Program-made: the position numbers and the translations under genes
Shown here: positions 53,159 through 64,000 of the stretch, in pieces
How positions within the stretch are numbered: the stretch's first letter is position 1
Layout: the number at the start of each line of letters is the position of its first letter
The notes under the pieces: generated by a model
What the model was told of the DNA's origin: nothing
The model's input: the letters and a program-made list of their open reading frames with translations, nothing else
Database searches by the model: none
From: Eledone cirrhosa
Taxonomy: Eukaryota
Assembly (NCBI GenBank): GCA_964016885.1
Contig: OZ024764.1
Location: forward strand, 28,830,001-28,894,000
Length of the DNA: 64,000 nt
Reading direction: 5' to 3'

Positions 53159-53635
53159 AGTTGACCTATACTAAAGGACTTCACTGATAGGGTTATATGT
53201 GTTATAATTTCCCAGTTGACCTATACTAAAGGACTTCACTGATAGGGTTATATGTGTTATAGTTTCCCAGTTGACCTATACTAAAGGACTTCACTGATAG
53301 GGTTATATGTGTTATAGTTTCCCAGTTGACCTATACTAAAGGGCTTCACTGATAGAGTTATATGTGTTATAGTTTCCCAGAGGGCTTCACTGATAGGGTT
53401 ATATGTGTTATAGTTTCCCAGTTGACCTATACTAAAGGACTTCACTGATAGGGTTATATGTGTTATAGTTTCCCAGTTGACCTATACTAAAGGACTTCAC
53501 TGATAGGGTTATATGTGTTATCGTTTCCCAGTTGACCTATACTAAAGGACTTCACTGATAGGGTTATATGTGTTATAGTTTCCTAGTTGACCTATACTAA
53601 AGGGCTTCACTGATAGAGTTATATGTGTTATAGTT
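53159..53635. repeat. 55-bp minisatellite, 9 units (one truncated)
   Basis: Same unit as 38146. Confidence 0.95.
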
Positions 53636-54207
53636 TGAAACAAACTACCTGCATCAGTTATTATACTTTTATAACACCGCTATATTACCTACATGAAAGA
53701 GGTAAATATTTATTTCTCTTGTCTTCTTAAATGTATAGAACATTTTTCTTATATATATTCTTAACATAGCTAGGACCGTTTATTATTTACTAGTCTCTAC
53801 TCCTAGGACTTTGCTGGTCTCATGTCCCCTCCATCAACACACACTCGGTAGAAAGCTGGTCGTCGGAGGTAAAGTGGCCCTGATTACAGGTCTAGTATTG
53901 AAGCCTTTCGGCTTGAGCCTTGCTGATGCCGACAGAGTTCCTGTGGTAGTTTTGGTAGCACAGGTGACATTTTATTGTGTTTAGGTACCGGCTAGTGCGG
54001 ACACAGAGAGCACAACCAGGTGGTGAGCTGGCAACGACCAAGTGTAGAGGGCCAGCTTTGAAATTCGAGCGACGGAGTGAACTAGTAAAAGAGGCAGGGT
54101 AAGCAGCATTGGTTCTAACGGTGGGACTAGAACGGAGGTTGGGTGGTGCTGGGGTGGGCTAACAGCTAACAGTTGTAGGAGTGGTGGGGGTTTGCTAGGA
54201 TTAATTT

Positions 54208-56562
54208 TTACATCTGTCTGTGAACTCTTGAAAAAGCAACATACAATTGTCCAGGGTTAAATACTTGCTCAGGGAGGAACAGACCCACTTTATCATGTAT
54301 TTGACCATGGTTCTTGTTGATTGTCATGGCATATGACAGTCTTAATGGAAACTGGGGTCTTTCCAAAGTAAAAGGGATGTTGGCACCACTGGGGGATAAC
54401 TTCAGTCTTGGGATCAAAACACACCTGCCCATCAAAGGACCATAGATATGAGAAGCTTTGATAAAATGTTTATGCAGTTCTACTACTTCTAATCTTGTGC
54501 CATTACATAATCTGTTCTGGATTGAAATATTCCATAGAAGCATTATTATTGATCCTGCTTATAATTGGAGTTTGTGAGGCGGCATCCCAGAAGGTGTAAG
54601 CAAGTTCTTTTAGCTTGAACCAGGCAGCAAGGGTCCCTGCATTTCTACCACAACCTGAGCATTGCCTCTTTGAAAGTAAACTCTGTTTGTTCTCCAGGTG
54701 TGTGACTAGGCTGTATACTGTATGTGATGTACCATGAAGCTTAAATTCCGAGAGACACGACACTGCTTCTGGCTGAGACACATACCTGCAACAAAGATAG
54801 GTTCTTATTTCATCATGGTTGTGTTGGTTCTGAGCCTCATTAGGTAATGCATTATTCGTTACTTCTATAGATGTACAATCATGCCCCATGTAACATATTT
54901 AAAGAGGTACTTGACACTTTTTACAGAAGCGCAAACTTCAACATTAATATGTGCACAATATTTCTTAATCAAAAAGGCATTAAATGGCACAACATTCCTG
55001 TTATCTACTGAATGTCATCCAATTTACACTGCAGTTCCTGTCTTGCACCTCCTGTACTCTGGGTATCCATTTAGGTTCAATAATGTTTCCCTTCTGTAGG
55101 TTTTTGGATAGTTCTTTTGGAAAAATCCATTTTGTATAAATGGGGGAAAAGGGTTTCCAGAACCACATGGCCTGTGGATCATAAACTTTTAAACCTGCTC
55201 ATGTAGTACTGGATCATCTTCCAATGCAGGTATTTCTGCTGACACGATTCTGTCAATGTCTTCTCTGTTTCTTATCTTGTCTTCATTTTTTAAGGCTCAG
55301 TGTTATCATCTGTTTAGATAATTCATTAAACCATTATACTCATCCACTCACAATTGGGCTTGATTGTTCCTCAAATATTGAAGCCTGCATCCCTCTACTT
55401 TCATATAGGCATCCACTAAATACTGCTAAAATAATTTACCTGCCCTATATATCGCACTAAATCCTCCTCTATATGCTATACAGTATATGTAATACTCCTG
55501 CATTGTCAGTCTATTGCAAACACAGGTCCTGCATTCCTCTCCATGTCACTATGCCACCAAAATTCACCATTATGGGTCAGTCATGAGGTCCAAGTGGCAT
55601 GAATTATGTGATATTTTCTGAGGAGGATGGTCTTTAGGAAAGATGATAATATCTCTTTGTACAGGTGGTCTGCCCTCAAACCCCACAAAACAACAGCTAT
55701 CATTACTAGTTGGTAAATTATAGCAGCTCATATCTGATCCTCTTCTAAATCTTAATTCACAGTTCTGTACACGACAATTTTCTCTTCTTGCACTTTGCTG
55801 TTTGATGCCATGCATTGTATTGTACACTTCGACATATGGATAACATTCATGCAACACCTCTCTTATCATAGCCATTTTTTGTGGTGAGCAGTCATTATTT
55901 GTTGGTACTGGGGCGGTGGATTGGCAGTATCGGTAGAGCATCAGACACCATGCTTTGCAGCATAGGGTTATGGCCCTTTACGTTCTGGGTTCAAATCCCT
56001 CCAAGGTTGACTTTGTTTTCATCCTTATTAGGTCGATAGAATAAAGTACCAGTAATTGCTGGCCTTGTGCCAGAAACAATTATTTGGTTGTACTTCCAAT
56101 CTGTGCTACACACCTTCGTTCCCATCAATAATATATAACTGGCCATATTGTGGTGTATTTTCTGCAGGTTACAGAGGTGGGGGTGTAGTGATATGTTTGA
56201 CCCTGAATATGAAAGCTATACGGGCCTCTGCCGGGTGGTAACACCAAATGAAGTGAAATAAATGTAGTTTTAATTGCAGATGTTTCTGTGAAATCAACTG
56301 CTTCCTGGCCTCTTTCAAAGAGATTTCTCAGTCTCTCGGGGTATATTTGCAATGGAGGCAACACAACCTTTCCTTTATTACAACAGTTACAATTTTCATT
56401 TCTAAATTTCAAAGCTTCACAGTGATCACACGAAACATTCATATCACTAATATGAAATTCTTCTAGATTTCCATTAATATTAATTGTTGGCCAATTTCTC
56501 TTATGACGCTCATTATCCATTCTTCTCTGTCTGAATGTTTTCCATTCTAAGTCTATTTGCAT
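54208..56562 (-). mobile_element. Internally deleted Helitron RepHel without the satellite insertion (most contiguous copy)
   Basis: Collinear ORF fragments 56125-56562 (Zn finger), 55570-55941 (YNLPTSND..RDIIIF..LDLMTDP), KYLFKY ~54895-54912, 54503-54889, 54208-54543 (Pif1-like C-terminal motifs). Confidence 0.93.
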
Positions 56563-56663
56563 GGAATAATTATATTCTGTTGTTTATTATGTAATTAAAT
56601 AGCTCTGTACAATACATAGAGCATTCTTCTTTTCTTTACCTTTTCTATAGAAATACAAGAACA

Positions 56664-56704
<41 letters not shown>

Positions 56705-56793
56705 ATATACATAAACAAGACTGTTATTACTCCAACCAGTCTATTTACCTTTGATAACTATCCTAAATATAAATACACCTATACCGTACATAC

Positions 56794-57290
56794 GTCCATA
56801 CATGCTAGAAATAGCAGTCAAATACACCAAACAAACTGCACAGCCGCAAAATTTTTGCCTCGATTTTTGCGATTAAGTCAGACAAGAGTTATCTTTCTTG
56901 GCAAATTGTTAAAAAACTTTTGCCTGATTTTAAGCCAAAGTTTTTTAATGGCTGCCACTTCCGGTTTTTGTTGTGCGTCTACAGGACTGCAGTAAACCTG
57001 CTAGAAATAGCAGTCATAGCAACACACTCACATATATTTATTTATGAGGGATTCTCAACGTGGGGTGCACGCCCCACAGGGGATAATTTGAATATAATAG
57101 GGGTCAATTTGAAAGTCATATAATACGACCCAACTCCCTCTTACACTTCGTATACACATGTTAGCGTGTATCTGGCCGCACCTACGAGAGGTTTGTTTAC
57201 ACTTTGAAGTTTGTTTTGATCATCGCTGCCACGCAGCTTTGTTTAAATAAAGGGTTTCTACTTTATATTACAGTAATAAAAGTTTTACTT
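56794..57290. repeat. Solo right arm of the long inverted-repeat element
   Basis: Matches 34839-35290 and is joined directly to Helitron upstream sequence at ~56793. Confidence 0.85.
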
Positions 57291-57413
57291 CGTCTACACA
57301 TGTTATCGTGTATCCGGCAGCACCTATGGGCTGTTTGTTTACACTTTGGTGTTTATTTTGATCATCGCCTCATCGCAGGTTTGTTTAATTAAAGGTTGCG
57401 AGGGGGATCACTG

Positions 57414-57457
<44 letters not shown>

Positions 57458-57541
57458 CGAAAAGACACACACATATATATACATACACGCAGACATACAC
57501 CTGTGTGTATGTGTATGTGCGTGTGTGCGTGTCTTTGGCTG

Positions 57542-57587
<46 letters not shown>

Positions 57588-58664
57588 GTGTATATATATA
57601 CAGACACACACTGTTGTTTCTTGATTTTTAGCTGTTGTTTCTAAAGTGTCTATTAATATATGCTAGAAATAGCAGTCAAGGGAACATTTACGTATATATA
57701 TGTAAGGACAGTGACACCTGCTGCAACAGGCATCCAACCTCGTGGGACTCCATCCTCAGACGGGCCACAGACACTGCGATGTTGCGGAGGAGCTCGGCTG
57801 TAATGGGTCCAAGTTGGCCCGGGGTCTCGACGGCGGCTGGTGCTTAGAAGAGGCTCCAGGACAAACACCGGAATTTGTTTATTTTATGTTCATCTGCGAG
57901 ACGGGCAGCGATGCTGGGGTTTGTGGATCTACCTCCTTCGAATGGGAAGAGGGTGATTCCCTCGGGGTGCTTGCCATCTCCGCGGCCTAGGCCTGCTGGC
58001 TCCAGTTGAGATGGAAATTCAGCTGCGTCCAGGCTTCTTCTCACTATGTCGTTGAGAGCATTTATGTGGCTCACACACGCGGAGGCCAAGGCGTTGGGCT
58101 ACTCCGATGCGAGTTCAATCATCATCAAGAATTTATTTGAATTGAAAGGTCACTAAACTAATATAGGAGTGTGATTTAAAAATAAGGTAAACAGAAATAG
58201 TTACACCGGTAACATAATTACTGTTACACCGGTAGTTCACTAACAAATCATTTCACGTTTGTCTCTAACAGGTAATGTTTTAATTTGCTATCCATGTTGG
58301 GGAGTAACTGTAGTTTGGCTTGCTAGGGGTCATACATCTTCATACACACACACACATACTATATATATATACATATATATAATTATATGTAAAGTCAGCT
58401 CCGTATTTAGGACAAATGAAGCATGTTCTAGTTATGAGGCCCCTTTCTTTGGCTCAGTAGGATGTAGGCTTGTTAAAATAATTCTTTTGGTAGGAAGATG
58501 GGCCCTCCTGTGTAGATTCCTTCCTTAATATTTCAGATAGGAGGGACCGTTTCTGTCTTCCTTTAGTTGTTCATTCCTTATTTTCAGTAATGTCCTTTCC
58601 GACCATAATTATGTCGGCGATGTAAGCATAAGTCTAATTTATTCTTTAATGAAGGGTAGATCCT

Positions 58665-58880
58665 TCGATAGTGGAGGCCCGTGGTCTTACGATCATATGT
58701 GTATTCGATTCCTGGACCGTGTTGTTAGTTGTTTTACTTGAGCAAAAACTTAATTTCACATAGGTGGGGGGTTAACCCTGCGATGGACTGACATCATGTC
58801 CAGGGGGAAGTCATGTACTCTCAGTCCCTTTACGCTAGAGGAACTGGGACAGGCACCTGCTTGATAAGTCTCCAGGCTTG
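58665..58880 (+). mobile_element. Degenerate tRNA-derived SINE of a second family
   Basis: B-box-like TTCGATTCC; central AACCCTGCGATGGACTGACATCATGTCCAGGGG resembles a conserved SINE core. Confidence 0.5.
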
Positions 58881-59238
58881 AGCTGACTTTACACTTTGGA
58901 AATCCTTAGATATTCTTCTTGGTGATATATTTGTTAGCTTTGACTTTAATTCATCTGTTTACACCACTAATAATTCATAGATAGAAAAACGTTTGTGGCT
59001 TTAGTACACCTTTAGGCTTTAATTTCAATTACTGACTATGTCTAACGAAGTAATAACTGGAGCGACTAAACCAGGGTTTCCTAACCTGGTGATATCAACC
59101 ACCGGTGGCCGATTTCAACTTGGTCGCTTCGGCCACAAACCCGGGTACCGCGGCCCACGAAGGAAAGGAAGATAAACAAATATCAGAGGATTGTCCGGCT
59201 TCTTCCTCTTGGCACCTGTAGCCACCATGACGTATAAG

Positions 59239-59281
<43 letters not shown>

Positions 59282-59289
59282 CTATCTAT

Positions 59290-61545
59290 CTATCTATATA
59301 TATATCATCATTTTCATTTTACGTCTGCTTTTCCCTGTTTGCAAGGGTGGGACATATATATATATCATCATCATTATACATCCACTTTTCCCTGCTTATA
59401 AGGGTGGGACAGATCCTCTTCAGCGCAGCATCTCTCCTTCATCATCTCCTCTGAGCTTCAACGATCTGAGGTCAGCTCTCACTACCTCTGCCCATATCTT
59501 CCTTGGTCTTCCTCTACTGCATATTCCTCCCACTGGGATTACTTGGCACTTCTTCACCCTGCGGTAATCCTGCATACGCATCGCATGGCCATACCAACGC
59601 AGTCTTTTCTCCCGCACACTGCAGTTTATCCTTCTTATAGAGTTTCACTCTCAACTTGTCCATGCTTGGTCTTTCACGCACATTGACATTGCACATCCAA
59701 TGGAGCATGCTTGCTTCATTTCTCTTCAGCCTTCGCATATCCTCTGCAGTTGCTGCCCATGTCTCACTACCATGCAACATTGTGCATCTCACACAGGCAT
59801 CAAACAACCAACCTTTTGTATGCAGGGAGAAACCCTCTTTGTCACCAGAGGAGGCAGCTCCCTAAACTTCTTCCAGCCCGTCCTTATTCTAGATACTATG
59901 GCCTCGGAACACCCCCCCCCCCTCCCATACTAATCTGATCACCTAGGTACTGAAGCTATCAACCACTTTTATAGAACCAACTTGCATTTGAAAAATGTGT
60001 CTATCAATGCAACTTCTACTGTCAAATTTCCCTGTACATCTACTGCATACGTAGTTTTCCCTACCTGTTAGTTTGCCTGCTATCCCACTACATCTCGTGT
60101 GTACCCAAGATCTGCATTGTGTACATTTTATAGAATGTATGCCAGTTCCTTTTCTGCATATCGAACATGGCCATCAGAGTTTTGTCCTTTTTTCTACTTA
60201 TCAACACTTTTGTTTTAGCTGGGTTCACTCTCAGTCCTCTTAATTCCAACTGCTGTTTCCATAGCCAGAATTTATTCTCTAGCTCCTCTACTGATTCTGC
60301 TATAAAAACCAGATTGTCAGTATAGAGAAGTTCCCATGGGCAGCTAGTCTTAAACTCCTCTGTTATGGCTTGGAGGACTATAATGAAGAAGAGCGGGCTG
60401 AGGACCGAACTCTGATGGACTCCTCCTTGTATCTGGAATTCCTCACTAAACTCCATTCCTACCCTCACTTTACAGACAGTACCTCTGTACAAAGCTTGTA
60501 CTGTCCTCACAAGCCATTCCTCAACACCTAGTTTCCTTAGGGATCACCAGATGACAGACTGGGGTACACTATCAAAGGCTTTCTCTAGGTCAACAAAAGC
60601 TAAGTATAATGGCTTATTCTTCTCTAAGAAGAGGGCATCGGTTGTACTTTTCCCAGGCACAAAACCAAACTGCATCTCATCTAGTTTGACTCTTTCTCTA
60701 ATTAGTTGCTCTAATATCCTTTCTGCCACTTTCATAACCTGATCCATCAGTTTTCTGCCTCTATAATTGATCCTCTCCAGAGCATCCCCTTTACCTTTGT
60801 AGCAATTTATGAGAATACTGCTGCACCAGTCTTTGGGTATGACTCCGCCATATATAGCTTGATTGATTATGCTTGCAACCAGTTTAGTACCTACTTCTCC
60901 TCATGCCTTCAGCATCTCAGCAACTATCCCTGATGGTCCAGCTGCCTTACCATTTTTCCTTTCTTTAATTGCCTCTTTGACCCTATAGTCAACAATCTCA
61001 ATAGCTGGTCCCTCTGTTCGGTCAAATGTGGGTAGTTTCTCTCTCTCCCATTCATTCTCTACATTCATCAGCCTCTCATAATGGCATTTCCAGGCCTCCT
61101 TTTTCTGATCATTATTGACACTGAGTACACCAGCATCATTCCGGACACATTTATCTCCAACAACATCCCGATTTACACTGACACACTGGCTTGCAATGCG
61201 GAACACCGCACGTCTTTGATCTTCCCGTCACAGAACATTGGCAACCCTCCTATTCTCAGCCTCCCTGCGTGCTAAGTACACCTGACGTCTAGCTTCTTTC
61301 TTAGCGGCTGTGCATCGGTCTCTACTCCCACCATTTATCCAAGTGTTCCATGCTAGTCTTTTGTCTCTAATGGCCTTATCTACCGTGTTGTCCCACCACC
61401 AGGTCACTCTCTGTCTGGTCGGAGCTCTGCTCCAGCCACAAGTGTCTTCAGCAGCCTGCAGTAAGTTGTCACATAAGAAATTCCAGTTATTATCTATGTC
61501 ATACGATTCTAAAACGGCTTCTTTCTCGTCATACACATCTTGAAG
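59290..61545 (-). mobile_element. 5'-truncated, decayed RTE-clade LINE (reverse transcriptase pseudogene)
   Basis: Collinear fragments TWWWD, KNGKAAGPSGIVAEMLK, DEMQFGFVPGKSTTDA..AFVDLEKAFD, GVHQSSVLSPLFF..LYTDNLV (degenerate YADD), MLHGSETW, KRLRWYGH..RGRPRK.W; many stops and frameshifts. Only the 3' tip remains at ~36530-36620 and ~51585-51676. Confidence 0.92.
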
Positions 61546-62576
61546 GGCTTAACCCCTTAGCATTAAAACCAGCTGTAACCGGCCAGAATTCTCTCACCTC
61601 TTTCTGTTCAAACCAGCCCTAATTAACCACTCATACTGATGTTAAAGTATTGTTCTGAAAATAAATAATATCGAAATCTCATAGATTCGATATTATGTGA
61701 GATAAAGCCGTTACTGTGAAAATACAATAGTATATATAGAGTAATGTGAATGCTAAAGGGGTAAGAGATTTAATATTCTTAAGATTTAGATGTTTAAACT
61801 AATTTTAGTAAATTAAATTTGTTGCTTGTTTAGTTTTTCTTGTATTCACTTCTTTAAAAACCACAGTGTTGCTACCACGGTTGTTATGGCTACCTCCCAC
61901 CACTCCTCTCTCTATCAATGGAAGCAGACGACCAGGAAAAATATATTAAAATATTATAAATAAATCGCTGATTTTATTTTATCTGTCTTTGTCTTGTTTA
62001 TCTCATTCTGTTCTTTATAAACCCATTTATAACATTTTATAAGGTTTTCTCAACGTAAACATCGGCGATTTCCCCCTCTCTATATATCTTATACTCTCTC
62101 TCTCTCTCTCATATGATTAGAAAATGTTAAAAATAACAGCCAAATCTATCAACCTCTTATTTCTCACCTTCTCTTTACATCTATCACTCTGTCAGAAGTA
62201 AAGAGAGATGAGAAATAAGAGATAGATAGAGGGTGAGAAATACAAAGAAGAAAGAATAAAAGAAGTAAAGATAAGGTGAGAAATATGAGGTAGATAGAGT
62301 AATAGAAATAAAGAGAGGGTGAGAAATACGAGGAAGAAAGTGTAATAGAAAAAAAGAGAGGGTGAGAAAGTAGAGGTAGATAGAGTAATAAAAGTAAAGA
62401 GAGGGTGAGAGAATTGAGTGTGTGACACATTCGTCTTTCTATCTCTCTCTATTTCTCCTCCTTCCATGTATTATTGTCTCTTACTACTCATCGTAAAAGA
62501 TGATCCCCCGCGCCATCTTTCGAGTAAGCAATGAAACTCTAAAGAACCATGGGTGATAACTCTATTTGAAAAATTG

Positions 62577-62652
62577 AGGCGCCGGAAGGGTTCGAACCCA
62601 TGTAACGTCATGATGCTAATGTTTGTAAGCCGAATCGCTAACCACCCATCTA
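62577..62652 (-). other. tRNA-like (SINE head) remnant
   Basis: Reverse complement GTAGATGGGTGGTTAGCGATTCGGCTTACAAAC...GGGTTCGAACCCTTCCGGCGCC has A/B-box-like motifs but no convincing cloverleaf; partial second copy near 62750. Confidence 0.4.
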
Positions 62653-63540
62653 CATAAGTAACTGTTCGTAGCGCCCTCTTTCACTAAACAGTGAAACTAT
62701 ATAAAAAGACTAGGAGATAACTCGTGTGGCACTATAGAGAAGAGTGTAAGATTCGAACCATGTAACGTTACAGCCCTAAGGTTAGTAAGCGGAGCTACGG
62801 ATTTAAAAGGAAAATCGCGTTTAAAATAAGCTTTATAAAGATAAACCAAATTTTATGTGACTCCATTTTGTTTGTTATTGTTTCTTTTACTGTTTTACTT
62901 ATTTCTTATTTCTTATTAAATTACACTTAATTAATTCCATTAAATATTTATTCTTGCTCATATTAAATTACTGTATATTTATTCATGTCATTGTTGCAAC
63001 TTTCATTTCTACATCTTTCATTTATACCGACTGTTACACCGGTCGTATAATTACTTTTATAACACCGCTATATTACCTACATGAAAGAGGTAAATATTTA
63101 TTTCTCTTGTCTTCTTAACATAGCTAGGACCGTTTATTATTTACTAGTCTCTACTCCTAGGACTTTGCTGGTCTCATGTCCCCTCCATCAACACACAATC
63201 GGTAGAAAGCTGGTCGTCGGAGGTAAAGTGGCCCTGATTACAGGTCTAGTATTGAAGCCTTTCGGCGTGAGCCTTGCTGATGCCGACAGAGTTCCTGTGG
63301 TAGTTTTGGTAGCACAGGTGACATTTTATTGTGTTTAGGTACCGGCTAGTGCGGACACAGAGAGCACGACCAAGTGTAGAGGGCCAGCTTTGAAATTCGA
63401 GCGAAGGAGTGAACTAGTAAAAGAGGCAGGGTAAGCAGCATTGGTTCTAACGGTGGGACTAGAACGGAGGTTGGGTGGTGCTGGGGGTGGTCTAACAGCT
63501 AACAGTTGTAGGAGTGGTGGGGGTTTGCTAGGATTAATTT

Positions 63541-64000
63541 TTACATCTGTCTGTGAACTCTTGAAAAAGCAACATACAATTGTCCAGGGTTAAATACTTG
63601 CTCAGGGAGGAACAGACCCACTTTATCATGTATTTGACCATGGTTCTTGTTGATTGTCATGGCATATGACAGTCTTAATGGAAACTGGGGTCTTTCCAAA
63701 GTAAAAGGGATGTTGGCACCACTGGGGGATAACTTCAGTCTTGGGATCAAAACACACCTGCCCATCAAAGGACCATAGATATGAGAAGCTTCGATAAAAT
63801 GTTTATGCAGTTCCACTACTTCTAATCTTGTGCCAATAAAATAATCTGTTCTGGATTGAAATATTCCATAGAAGCATTATTATTGATCCTGCTTTTAATT
63901 GGAGTTAGTGAGGCGGCATCCCAGAAGGTGTAAGCATTGCCTCTTTGAAAGTAAACTCTGTTTGTTCTCCAGGTGTGTGGCTAGGCTGTATACTGTATGT
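63541..64000 (-). mobile_element. Fourth Helitron copy (helicase C-terminus), running off the window edge
   Basis: ORF 63541-63816 near-identical to 54208-54483; homology with the other copies extends left to ~63053. Confidence 0.92.

Noticed and set aside
54208-54543. Host PIF1 helicase gene
   Set aside because: Collinear with Helitron Rep fragments, intronless, degenerate and multi-copy
62164-62467. Hydrophobic ORFs in a degenerate purine-rich repeat
   Set aside because: Low-complexity AAAGAGAGGGTGAGAAA repeats with no coding evidence
62577-62652. Functional tRNA gene
   Set aside because: Acceptor and anticodon stems do not pair convincingly; better explained as a SINE head

Overview
This is a gene-free, repeat-saturated eukaryotic window; the SINE and RTE sequences resemble those of octopus/cephalopods, which is my recall and not verified. 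No intact protein-coding gene is visible. (1) 1-22.1 kb is a compound satellite in which blocks of a 46-bp minisatellite alternate with (GA/TC)-rich blocks built on GCGAGATGAAAC; it switches strand at ~7920 and has an A/B higher-order structure to the right of that point. (2) 22-64 kb is a head-to-tail series of composite units (helicase ends at 38976, 54208 and 63541). Each unit is built around an internally deleted minus-strand Helitron (Zn-finger N-terminus, Rep Y2 region, Pif1-like C-terminus; HUH and helicase core missing). The units carry SINEs, hAT ends, a MITE, CRE-like retrotransposon PHD/endonuclease fragments, a long inverted-repeat element and minisatellites; one also holds a decayed RTE LINE. 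The satellite sits at one fixed site inside the Helitron: absent in one copy, a single monomer in a 2.6-kb insert in another, and >22 kb in a third. A 2.7-kb sub-unit is tandemly amplified through an ~800-bp nested-palindrome array (89-bp units, GGCGGGAA motifs) with fold-back junctions. Coordinates were read by eye and may be off by a few bases.
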